From Blasia pusilla (taxonomy: Eukaryota): a stretch of 64,000 nt of DNA. Each line of letters starts with the position of its first letter. The first letter of the stretch is position 1. Location: positions 31,558,001 to 31,622,000 of the forward strand of contig CM114271.1 in assembly GCA_050084515.1 (NCBI GenBank), in the 5' to 3' direction. A model generated the notes under the pieces. It was given only the letters and a program-made list of their open reading frames with translations. It was not told the DNA's origin and did not search any database. Made by a program: the position numbers and the translations under genes. This document shows, one piece after another, positions 40,003 to 51,699 of this stretch.

Positions 40003-41139
40003 ATGTGATGTTTGGATTCCTTTCTGCTGAGGAATGGTTAGGATTGTATACATAGACCCTACATTATTATAGAGTTTTGTATGTTCTTCATCACATTTGG
40101 AGCATTTTTTAGTGTTGGAGTCACCAATCAAAGAGGGAAAGACCAAATATAGCAACCAACTTTAAAAAAAAACACTTGCCGAAAAAACTCCACATTGATT
40201 TTAGAATGATTAAGAGAATTCAAAATTGAGAATTGAGAGCAATCCATCTGAGGTGCATATTGGAAGTGCTTATGTATATTCAAGCATATATCCTAACCAT
40301 GCGGGAGAAGATGGGGCATGAGAGTTGTTGAAATCAAGATTGGATTTCATAATTCAAGAAATTTGTCAAGAATGCAACAGATTGGAGCAAAGTTGATCGA
40401 AGAGGGAGAGGCTTCTTGATTCTTGCTAGAATTTCTTAAGAGTGGTATAATTGGAGATTAGATTGGAATGATGAAGTTCCTGAGATAAATCTAATGAAGA
40501 AAATGCCCAAAATTTTGACTGTGAAAGTGGTTTTTGTGACTGTGAATGGAGATTGTATGAGGAAGATGTTTAAAAGATTATCCGCAACTATATGGCTTCC
40601 CATAGTGGACAAAGTGAACTTAGGTTTTGATACACCTTGCTAGTGGGTGTTAAACTTAAGTTCTCATATACCTCGCTAATTGACATGATTTGGAAGGGCA
40701 AGTTGTCAGAGTTGTGAGAGTAGAAGGGCAAGTTGTGAGAGGTGGAATAGACTCGGTGCAGCTAGTTTGGAGAATCAAGCGCCATTATCTTGGAGTATGT
40801 GGAGCCACTAGTTTAGATTATTATAGTTTGCTACCTATGGAGCTAGTAAAGTGGGGATGAACTTAAGTTCCAATTCATCTTTCTAGAGGAATTGAACTTA
40901 AGTTCGATTCAGGTGTAACTAGTGTTGGATTGAGTGTTATGTGTGAAATGTAAGCACCTTCCACAAGTCACTCAAGAGTATATCAAAGTGGGAGGGACTT
41001 GGGACTTGGGACTTAACTCCCCTAAAATTTAGCAAGGTTTGGTCTTGAAATTTTGGGCCAAAAAATTGAAATTCGGCACACAAGCGTTGAGGTGCCAATT
41101 GCAACGAACCCAGGCGTCTGGGCGAACTTAACCCTCCTC

Positions 41140-41349
41140 CCTTCCCAAAGGGATAGATGGGGCCCACATGAACAAGTCCTTCTATAGGATCGATGTAAGT
41201 CCACAAATATGGACATGTACTTTGTCCATATGCAACCTTAGACACGACGGGTCCAAATGCAAGTCATTGAAACTCGAGTCTACACAAACATGGTCGTCCT
41301 ATGAACAGAGATAAATCTAAAGACACTGACATGTGCGTGTGCAACCTTG
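41140..41349. mobile_element. hAT MITE family fragments
   Basis: TIR-like ends TGCAACCTTA (41231-41240) and GTGCAACCTTG (ending 41349), plus GGACATG/GTCC subterminal motifs shared with 43159-43494. Confidence 0.55.
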
Positions 41350-42699
41350 GTCTGAAATCACATTTTATTTTAGGAAAAATGAATAAGATAATAACGAAAG
41401 AGTGGAAAATTAATTATTCTACTAAAGCATAAAAGAGAATTTCATTTTTTAATTACTTTTTAGTTTTCAAGCTTGGTTGGGAGGGAAATTTGAACTTTAT
41501 TGTGGAAAAGAAATGTATGAAAGTAGTAACTTTCTTTTATGGCTTCGGAGAGCATGAAGGTTGGAAAAATGAACTTATTAATAAGGGAAAAGCTCTTTTT
41601 ATTAAGAAGGAAGTAAGGGTTTCATTACTATTAATATCTTTATATTTATTAGGTGAATATTTCAATATGTATGGAAACCTCTTAGTTCTCCCTCATGATA
41701 AGTATAATTATCGATATAAAGAAAAAAATTTCCTTGGGTTGCCTAATATATAATTTATTTATATCTTTCAATGTGATGCTTCATTCGAGAGAAGATTAGA
41801 ATGTATTTTCAAATTTGGGAAAAGAAGATGATGGATAATAATAGGAGAGTGCACATATGAGTAAAACTCAAATATTTGGAATTGATTTTATTTTGAAAAA
41901 TATTTGTACTTTTCAAGCTTGGTTGGAATTGAGTTTTCTTGAAACTTTTGGAAACTAAATCAAATAAAAAATAATAGTTTAATGAAACTATTATGGGCAT
42001 TACCTCACTTTCATAACCTCCCAATTATGGCTAAGTGGGAAGCTTTTGAATTCTGTTGAATTTTTAATTTGATTCTATCATATATAAAGCCAAAATTTGA
42101 ATCAAAAAGATATAAAAATAATTATGTCAAATTTTCATTCTAAAAATTTTATAAAAAAAATCTCGCTCTCAATTAAAAAAAAATTGGTATTGTCCCTCAT
42201 CTGTGTTATATTCTCATTTTGAAATTTAAATTTATTTTTTATATTTAGGGAAAAATATTAATATTTCAAGTTCTGTTTCTATCAAAAATTAGTCTTTTGT
42301 GGGAAAATAGGAAAATTAATAATAATATAAACTCAAAATAATTGTAGCTATAAATAATAAGAGTGGATTTATTTTTAAATTCTTTTGAATTTTCAAGCTT
42401 GGCTAGGAGGAAAATTTACACTATATTTTGGGAAAAAGAATTTGATCAAATTAAGGAATTAAATTTTCTTACTTTAGAGATCACAAGGGTTTGAAAAAAT
42501 GAAAAATTAATAGGCTTGGACTTATTTTTCTTGAAATTAATGATGAAAAATGAATTAATTTTTAAAAAAAATTGGAGGTTTCACTACTATAAATCTATTT
42601 ATAGTTATTAAATAGAAATTCATCTTTACTCTTTATTGCTCTACTTTTTGGATGTTTAACTTAGGAAATTTAACATATCATACTACTATTCACGTGAAC

Positions 42700-43085
42700 T
42701 CATCTTGAAAAGCCCTCCATGAGTATCATGTGTAAAGCCTCTCAAGTAATATTTGATTTTATCTTTCGTAATTTTTTATATTTATATTCATACTATCGTT
42801 GCGGCTCATGGAGGGCTTTTCAAATAGTCGGGAGCTGCAAAGGTAGTATGAATATAAATATCATATAACGGTATTATAAGTCGTAACGGCAGTATGAATA
42901 TAAATATCAAATAATTAATATTTGATTTTACCTCCTGACTATTTGACTCTTCGAGAAACTAGGGTTTTTTATCTATTTTTTCTTCATTTCTATATTGCAT
43001 GAGGGTGCCCAGTATCGGAGCATCCTGAGCATTTGTGGATTAGCATTATAAGGATTATCTAATCCTTATAATGCTAATGCACAAA
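42700..43085. repeat. Cluster of inverted repeats and palindromes
   Basis: TGAAAAGCCCTCCATGAG (~42706) pairs with CTCATGGAGGGCTTTTCA (~42806). ~30-bp arms span 42778-42861. 26-bp arms span 43032-43085 (25/26 match). Confidence 0.85.
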
Positions 43086-43158
43086 CCATCTACGCGATAT
43101 AAGTATGAATCCTCTGAGATCTAAGTCAGAACCATCAATCTAGGCTTCTCCTCATATA

Positions 43159-43494
43159 CAAGGTTACATATGGACAAAGTCCGTGTCCGTGGGCATGTCC
43201 ATGTCTGTGGACTTAGATCCGTCCTATAAAAGTACTAGTCCATGTGGGCCCCACCTCCCCCTTATTTCTCATCCTCCCACTTGCCTCCATGATCCACACT
43301 TTCTCATTTCTTCCTGCCCCCCATCTCCACTCCCTCCCCTCTTATTGTCTCGCCTGCCCTAGCTCTCCCTTCCACCATGAGCTATAAGTATGGGCCCCTC
43401 CTCTTTCAATACATGTTGGTGGACATGTCCAAACTTGTTCGTCCATGCATATGTCCGTCCTTGGAACAATCTTATCCGTTTTTGTGCAACCATG
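43159..43494. mobile_element. hAT MITE
   Basis: TIRs CAAGGTTACAT / GTGCAACCATG. Perfect 8-bp TSD CTCATATA (43151-43158 and 43495-43502). Confidence 0.9.
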
Positions 43495-43609
43495 CTCATA
43501 TAAAGAAGGCCGATCATATTAATAGTGCACAGCGAGAAGTGGATGTTGAGAATCCAACATTCTTCCTCAATATCTACTCTCATGTGGACTATTATCTTGA
43601 AACAATGTG

Positions 43610-44700
43610 AAGACCCTTCATGTGTCGTTGAATTTGATCTCTACTCAAGGCTTTGGTGAAGATATCTACATGGTTATCTTCCGTTTAACAATAGATTAAC
43701 TTCAAAACTTCTCTCTTGATTAACTCACCAAAAAATGATATTTGATCTCTATGTGGTTCGTATGAGTATGAAACTCATGATTATATTCTATAGCAATTCA
43801 ACTTTGAATGTCATACCATATTATAATAGCACTTTCTGTTGCTTCTCCTATGTCCTCTAATATCCATCTCAACCATAATAAGTCACATGAAGCACATCAA
43901 GCCATGTTGTAATCCACCTCGGTAGAAGAAGAGCCATTATAGATTGCTTCTTACCGATCCATAATACCACATTTGATCCTATCGAGAAGCAATAATCCGA
44001 AACTGATCGCCAAGAATTTGAGTCTCTTGCCCAATCTGATTCACGAAAGCCTGTCATTTTTGTCCCTACTCTGTAGGTGATGCCATACTTCATAATGACT
44101 TTGATGTACTTCAATACATGTATCCCTGCCTTCCAATAATTCTCATGAGGCTTAGTTGAGAACCTACTCAACACACCCACATCAAAATTGATGTCTAGTC
44201 TTGTGTTGCACAAAGATATCAAACTGCCCACAAGCTTTCTATACATCTTTTCATATACCAATGGTGAAACAACCTCCATTGAGTTTCAACTCTACCTCCA
44301 TTGGTGAGACCACTTCCTTACACTCAGTCATCTTGAATGCCTTCAAGATTTCTCTACCATACTTTTGCTGAGAAAGAAAATTAGAATTTGACTATTGCCA
44401 AATCTCGAGGCTGATAAATTAAGTAATGCAAAAGACCTAAATATGACATTTCAAACTCAGATCTCAACACTTCCTTCATTTCCTCTATTTTCTTACTATG
44501 GCCTCCTGTGATGATGAGATCATCCACATACAATATTATCAACATATACATCATTGATTCCCATCTTTGCAAAACATATACATATTTGCTTCTGATAGAC
44601 TCTTGATGAGACCCTTTTCTTTGAAGAATGTATCTATTTGTTGATACCATATCCTAGGGACTTGCTTAAACCTATATAATGCTCAATAAAGCAAACATGG
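43610..44700 (-). pseudogene. Ty1/Copia RT-RNase H remnant
   Basis: ILYVDDLIITG, FEMSYLG, YRKLVGSL...TRLDI, SDWARD, HIEIKYHF, DIFTKAL. Confidence 0.92.
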
Positions 44701-44999
44701 CTTCTCTTCTAATATGGGTGTCTCAATACTAGAACTTGGCATTAAATCTAGCTTTTTTACTTAAAAATTGATCTAGAGTTTCTAAATTTTCTAGCTCTAG
44801 GCCAACATTCTCATTGGATAGAATGATGGGGTCAAAAGAATACATAACCTCTTTGTCTACCACTCTACGATATAGTTTTTGCCTTGTATGGACTCATTGG
44901 GAGGAAGTATATTGTATTGGATTCAGTGTGGGAAAAGTGGGTTGTAAATTGGCTTCATTTCAAGTACTTTGCACATCTAATCTTGTTTCCCTTCCCACA

Positions 45000-47450
45000 T
45001 TCTCCTCCATCTAATCATGTGTTTGCTCTTCGGCATGTTGCTCCTCTTTGGTCAAAGTCATGAAATAGTTATCCTCATGTAAATTCTTTCCCAATGTCTC
45101 ATTTTCATCAGTATTATGTTGATATGGCAATGCCTCGCAATTCTCTGTACCAATTAGTAAATCTTCACTTCCAAATTCTTCAAGTGGATTGGACTCGTCT
45201 TCCTCAAAATCACCATGTTGTAAGTCATCATCAAACTTGATTCCCCTTTTCCTTTGTTCGTCTGTGATTAAGGTCTCAAGTATGTCCTTAAGTGGATCCA
45301 TTTTTCCTATAAGCTAATTCTCTTCTAAACTTCCCATGCCATATTTCTCACTATCACGCTTCCTTGACAATTATTGTTGGCCTCTTAATCTATAGTAATT
45401 TTGCAAGTTACGTATGCATTGAATTGCAAAACTTGGATGCTTGAGTATTGAGGAGATTTTTGTGATACACATAAACTAAATCCTTTGCGGTGGAAACTTC
45501 TAGTTGATTATGAATAAATCCATGAGAACTCCAACCTCTATTGCAAGCAAATGCGGTAATTTTGTTACGTTAAGACGCATATGGCAATTTTTGTAGCTTG
45601 GGAGCTTAGTCTCTTTAAGCCATCCACCATTCATGGCCATTTTGAGTTGTGGAAAAAAAAATCACAATCTATATTATGGAATGTACCCTCTTGAGAGCAG
45701 ATGTTGTCATACTCTATTAAACAATTGAATTTGAAAGATCATAGAGCGTCACTTGTTTATTTCAACATGTGTCTACCCCATAAGTCAAAATAGTACTAAT
45801 GTCTTGCATACACCCAAGCACAAAAATATGTTACTTGTGGTCTTTGGAGAATAAATACCTAGGATTTAGCAATATAGCAAATAATTCAAATCATTATTCC
45901 ATGCAATCTACCTCGCATCAAGGGTAGTTAGGCCTTATGATTCGATACTTCCTTGTTGATAAGATTGCTAGCATATTTGAGCTTATTCAATGCAGTCTCC
46001 ACCTTATCCTTCAAACACTGTGTTTGATAATAGATTTCCTCAATGGTTTCCTTATGACCATCTACAAATCTTATCAAGGTACATAGTTCCATAAAAATCT
46101 CCCAAATCTTGGTCCAAAATCAGTATCCAAAAATCCTTTCCAAAGATTCTCCACCTCCGTCGGTCCTCTGACCTTGTTTTCCCATTGGCACTACTAGGTT
46201 TCAAAATCCTCACTAATTACCATATATTTAAACATAATTGGAGCTCAAAAACATGATCCAAATATATGTGATTTGTTGCAAATCTTATCTTTGCAAGTAG
46301 AAGTAACATAAAATATATAGCATGATGAATCCTGATGAATTTCACCATATTACAACATTGCAAAAATATGGTTTTAAAACATACAATTCTACCCCAATCT
46401 TTGCAAACCAAATCCAATCATAAGCAATGCAATGGCCTCATAAAATATAAGGATGAGTTTTGCTAACAAGGGAACCTGCCAACTTACAACCTACGATATT
46501 ATCTCTCACAAATTGAATGAAATTCTTGGGATCCATTTGCTCAATATGCATGATAGTGATTGACGCAATTCATCTTGCATTCATTATCATGCTAGAGGCA
46601 TTGGTAGCTTGAATGAAATATTCATCTCCCATGGATACCACCAAAATATTGAAAAGGGGCCTTCATTGGCAATTAGTTTATCCGTCCCTAGAAATTGTAT
46701 ACTTGTATTTCTTCCCTAACTCCATCATTCTCTTAACATTTTTTTTCCAATGTGGTTTTGCACCAACGTAAATCCTTATGGCGCAGTTGATCTGGATTAG
46801 GTCCATGGTATATAACCCCCAATCTAGCCACGAGACTTAAAGCCTCTTGGAAATGAGGATTCTTTGCAGAGTTGAACATCCATCGTCATGTTATAAAGGC
46901 AAGGGAAATTTTACTATAGATATCTTTGTAATTTTCATTCTGCCATAATGAATGCAAAACATCCCTCCCCAAAACCGAACTAGAGCTCACCATCTCATCC
47001 TTCAACACTATATTTCTCATTGTGCTTTGTGATATAAATTTCAGAATGATGGTAACCAAATTTCTACCTATAGGACTCGCCAACGGCATATCAAGTCTTA
47101 CTTTAGGCTTGTGTATGGAATTTGTACATATACAAGATGGCCTTACATCTTCATTCTCTTGCCTTCGAGATGGAGGAACATTACTCCTACCATCTTTATT
47201 TTCTATCTACGTATCAATCAATGCCTTAAGTGCAACTCCATCAGATAAGGAAACTCAAGCATTTATGAATCTGAAATACTTGTTTCTTTCCATTCTTGGT
47301 CCAAACAGACTTTCCTATTAGATGTTATCTTAACCTAGTAAGATTGTATGTGATTTGGCTTTTACACCAATTGCAAGTGGCATTACCCTTCTTCCTATTT
47401 CCTGTGGTGTTCTAAAAAATATGAATTGCTCTTGAGCAAACGTATTCAGA
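45000..47450 (-). pseudogene. hAT transposase remnant (BED finger and DUF659-like core)
   Basis: Manual translation gives ATCNWCKSQI (~47350-47385), RPLFNILVVS (~46630-46665) and VKFIRIHH...RFATN (46270-46350), plus an acidic C-terminal tail (ORF 45011-45301). Confidence 0.7.
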
Positions 47451-49114
47451 CCATTCCATGCCTTAGAAGGCCAAAGATCTTGATCCACATTCAAAACGAG
47501 CATATCGCCAAAAATATCCAACCCGTCACCTTCCACAAAATCATTCATTATCTTCACGCCAAAAGCCCAAAAAAAAACTTCTGTTACCTAAAGCTAGTTA
47601 GAGTTTTTTGTCCACTACAATTAGTGACGATAAGCTCCTCTCCTTTTTCTTCTAAACAAAAAAATACTCTCATTACCATACTTCACTATTCTTATATACT
47701 ATGAAATTCCTCACCATCTTCCCATGATCTATACCTCAAGTTGCAATGACCAAAAAAATTCAACATACTTACTAACTTAAAGTAATGAAACTTCAATACA
47801 ACTATTATAAACTTATTGGAACCAACTAATGTAGCAAAGGCTTTATTTCAATATCGCAAATTCTCCAACGGTCCTTCATTGGTCGACTTTTTAATCCCAA
47901 TACATGTGGCTAATGAGTAGATATATTTTTTTTCTTCCCTTCAGTTTAAAGCTATACGCAATTTAATCGATACGCTCTCAAAAAATTTCTATATTGACTC
48001 ATAGACTTGTTCCAACTTTTATATGCAATTTTTTTTATAAAATTCTTCTTTGAGTGCATTTTTTTTAGCACAAAATTTATCGCTTAGCTAAAATCTTTTT
48101 CTAACTAGAACTTTTCTTATCAATATTCACCTCTAATCTTTCATAACCTAATCATACAACATTCTCTATATTAAATCCTTATCATGGTGTAAAAAGTAAG
48201 AATTTCTCAGTACGAATTTCCTTGCATGGAATGTAATTTAATTCTCTCATTCCTTCATATTCCCAAAAAATCTCTCCTTGCAATTTCAAAACTCTTTATC
48301 TAGCTTTCTATCTAGTTCATCTTCCTACATGGATGGTGTGAAATTACCCTTCTCAATTAACATAGTAAATTGGTTGAATTGAACTCAATTCTATAACCCA
48401 TTTGGTGAGAAGCCTAGCCTTGGGCCAAAAATCCTCCTAATAATCCATAATAACATCTTAAAAAAATTCCTTAGGTTCAACGAGTTTGATTTGTAAGATG
48501 ATTTTGAGAAATTCAAATGTAAGTATTTGAATGAATTTTTACCCAATATTTAGGCTTTGAAAAGGAAGACATATAAGCCTAGAATTTAAACAAACCAAAA
48601 AAATAAATACTATAATTGATATTAATAGAAGTGTGTGTGTCTTTATCTTAATATTTCTAAGATTTTTGCATGACATTGCTTGAATTTCCTAGATGGAAAG
48701 ATTTTTTTGGCAAATATATCGGTCAAAAGTTTTTTCCCTGCACATATTTTTTTCCACATTGGATAAATATTTTAAGGAACGACGAGGAACTTCTCTAAGG
48801 AGTATGGAATTGGATTCGCTTCTTAATATTCCCAAAAGGTTGCTATAAATTGGGGAAGTATGGGTATGTCTTCCTTCTTCAACTTTGTATCAAAGAATCA
48901 AAATAACTCATTTGAATCAACTTCCTTATGAGTATATCCCATTACAAGGAAATCCACTTTAATTATTTAAATAATCCCTCCAGCAACAAAGTCACGCAAA
49001 TATATAAGAGCTTGTCTATTCTTGTCGTCTTTTGCATAGTTATCCATTTGAAGGAGAAGATATCTAAGAGATGAGCAAAAACCATCCGTCCCAACCCCGT
49101 CCCAACAATCCCAA

Positions 49115-49341
49115 TCTATCTTATTATTGGAGAGTGTCTCTTTGGTTTTTAAATTCCTCTCCTATTGACACATGACCCTCTCAGCCAATAGGATCTCTCA
49201 ATCACTCAACCAATAAGATCAATCTAAGTTGATCCAAGAGGTTATTTAAAAAATTTAATGATTATATAAATCAATTCATATCTACACGTTAAAATTTAAA
49301 TTACCCATCATTAACCCGTGCATCGCACAGGCATCCACTAA
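49115..49341 (+). mobile_element. Non-autonomous mini-Helitron
   Basis: Starts TC after an A. 3' hairpin CCCGTGC-ATC-GCACAGG then CTAA followed by T. Homologous inverted copy at 61835-62040. Confidence 0.7.
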
Positions 49342-50192
49342 TCCTTATCATAACCATATATAGATATGGCTAATGACACATTAGAATTGAAGGTTGAATA
49401 CAAGGATCACTTACACAATAAAGCTTGGTGTAGTGATTTAGGGAATTAGTCAAGTCTATGCTTGCCTTATCATAAACATCTCCAAATCTTTGAAAGCTTT
49501 TCCAACCAGGCAACTCAATCCTACTCTCAAATGGATTCAGGATCGTGCCTTATTTATTTTTATATTCAAACATTTCACCAAAAATGGACTTACCTAAACC
49601 CGTCTTCCTCTCCCATGGCCTTTTCAATTTTTATTTTTCGAAAGAATCTTAACCCTAAATTATGGGGAGCCATGCATCAACAAATACGAAATTGAGAAGA
49701 AATCACGATGCGAGTCATAAACGGCGATAAGAATCCGACCGAAACACGTGTCAGCCATGAAACATTCCCCTGCTTCAGCCGTCTGGAGCGAAGCCCATAA
49801 TCGGTCTGGAGACGGAAGTTCGTTTGAATAGAATGTAGTGAACGTACGATGATGGACTCCAGCTTGGATCTGTACTGTATCTATGTAGTACACAGATACG
49901 CCATCCAGACATGCCAGATCATAAAGTGGCCTGGTCGGTCGCTAAACTAGCCTAGACGGTGTTAATGAAATGGTCGGGCAATGGGTCCGTTTAAACGTAA
50001 CCGCCAGGTTTAGTGACCCGTCAGACATCAACTAGATCGGTGCTTCCCTTCACGTGGGCCATAACCTAGCCGCCCAAAATGACCTGATTTAGCGTGTCAA
50101 TCGATGACTGGAACCCAGCCTAGAAATAGTATTTCATCAAATATAGAAGTATTACAAGCTCAAACTAAAGAAGGCTTCTTGTGTATAATACA

Positions 50193-50586
50193 GGGTTCGG
50201 GGAGTTTTTTGGTGGGACCCGGTATATTGCCTCGAACGTCCAATCGGAAACAGTAATACAATTCGAATCCAACCAGTTTTTCGTAGGTAATTTTAAAATC
50301 AGTTGGTAATTCTCGAATTTTATCGGCTACTTTTAGTCGTTACCCCGGATCTTCCCGATCATTGGTCCGGGGAGTTTTTTCGTGACAACCGGTACATTTC
50401 TGGTCTCTATAAAACCGGGCGGCAATTTTTGAAGTTTTCGTCATTCCAGCCGGCTAAACAAATACGAATACAAAGGACAACCTTCCTAAACCCTCGGTTT
50501 TTGGCCGGTAAGTGACGAACTGAATTGGGAATTCTCAAATTCTTCCGCCAGCTCAACACGTAACCCCGGCTCTCCCGGACATTGGT
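50193..50586 (+). repeat. Degenerate two-unit tandem repeat (~170-220 bp)
   Basis: GG(T/C)CGGGGAGTTTTTT at ~50194 and ~50363. TA(A/C)CCCGG...CATTGGT at ~50341 and ~50561. Confidence 0.6.
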
Positions 50587-51699
50587 ATAATCTTCCTACA
50601 TTTTACTTTAGCACGCTTGTTACGGAAATTAGCGGTAACGGTAGCAATACCTAGATAATCGCCAACTCACACCCTTAAAGGACATCTCACAAGACTCGAG
50701 AGCCATAACCCGTCGCCACCGACTTGGCGGACACGCTGGTTGTTAAGATACTCTATTTTTTAAACTTGAGGTTACTGACTAGGAGAAAATAGGATGTTTA
50801 TTTCATTTTATTTTGTTTTAATCTTTTCGATTTAAGGTTTAAGGTGTTCATCTTTTCAAGTTTGAATTTTGGTGTATTCTTCTTTCCACTTTAAACTTTT
50901 GAATCCTTCGGAATTCTCAGAAATGAAAAACCCTATCAGAAAAAAAAGAAAAAATTTATAATCACATACATAGACGAGTTACAATTGATTGGCAATCTGA
51001 TATTTTGAATAATACGGCCCAACTTTTTTTTTAAAGATGGAATTTTCTAAAGTTCTTGATATCTTTGGACCTCCTTCTCTCCTAAATATGTCCATAGATT
51101 TCTAAACGCATTTTCACATATGGCGCTCTTCTTATAATGTGATGTAGGGTTACCATCGGTTTAAGGGATTCTTTTTACTTTTCTTGATCTTTTAATACGA
51201 GTTGGGCCCAACATTATGATCTCATTCCCTCATAGGAGTCATTGGTGGGTGGTTCACTTTCTCCTCATATCTTCTTTTTTGGTATTTCCAATTTCTTTCA
51301 TAACTTTCTCATTAAGAATCGGTTTTGGGCATGTTTGGTCTTGTTTCCATCGTCTTGACCAGCTCGTTCTTTTCCTACCAAGTTTTCTAGTTTTCTTCCT
51401 TCTATGTAGGCGCCTATTTTTTGTACGGCTTGTTTTAGGTCAATTCCTCTCAAACGTCTTCCTTGCTCTCTCAAATTTTTACCTTCTTATTTCGCCCCTA
51501 TATACGTTTGCTATCACCTTAAGGAAATTAAAGATTCATATTCTTGAGCCACTTCTTTTGATACCGTATAGGTCATTTTTCCTTTTCAATTACTTTTTCT
51601 ATTTCTTAAAGTAACTCTCAATCATAAATTCGTCATTGCCTCTGGTTTTACACGCCCTCCTACGTCGTAATCTCTTCCTTTGGTTCCCCTCCTCATCAT

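Noticed and set aside
51216-51614. Hydrophobic 132-aa 'membrane protein' ORF
   Set aside because: T-rich low-complexity sequence upstream of the CRE-like ORF, so probably a compositional artefact.
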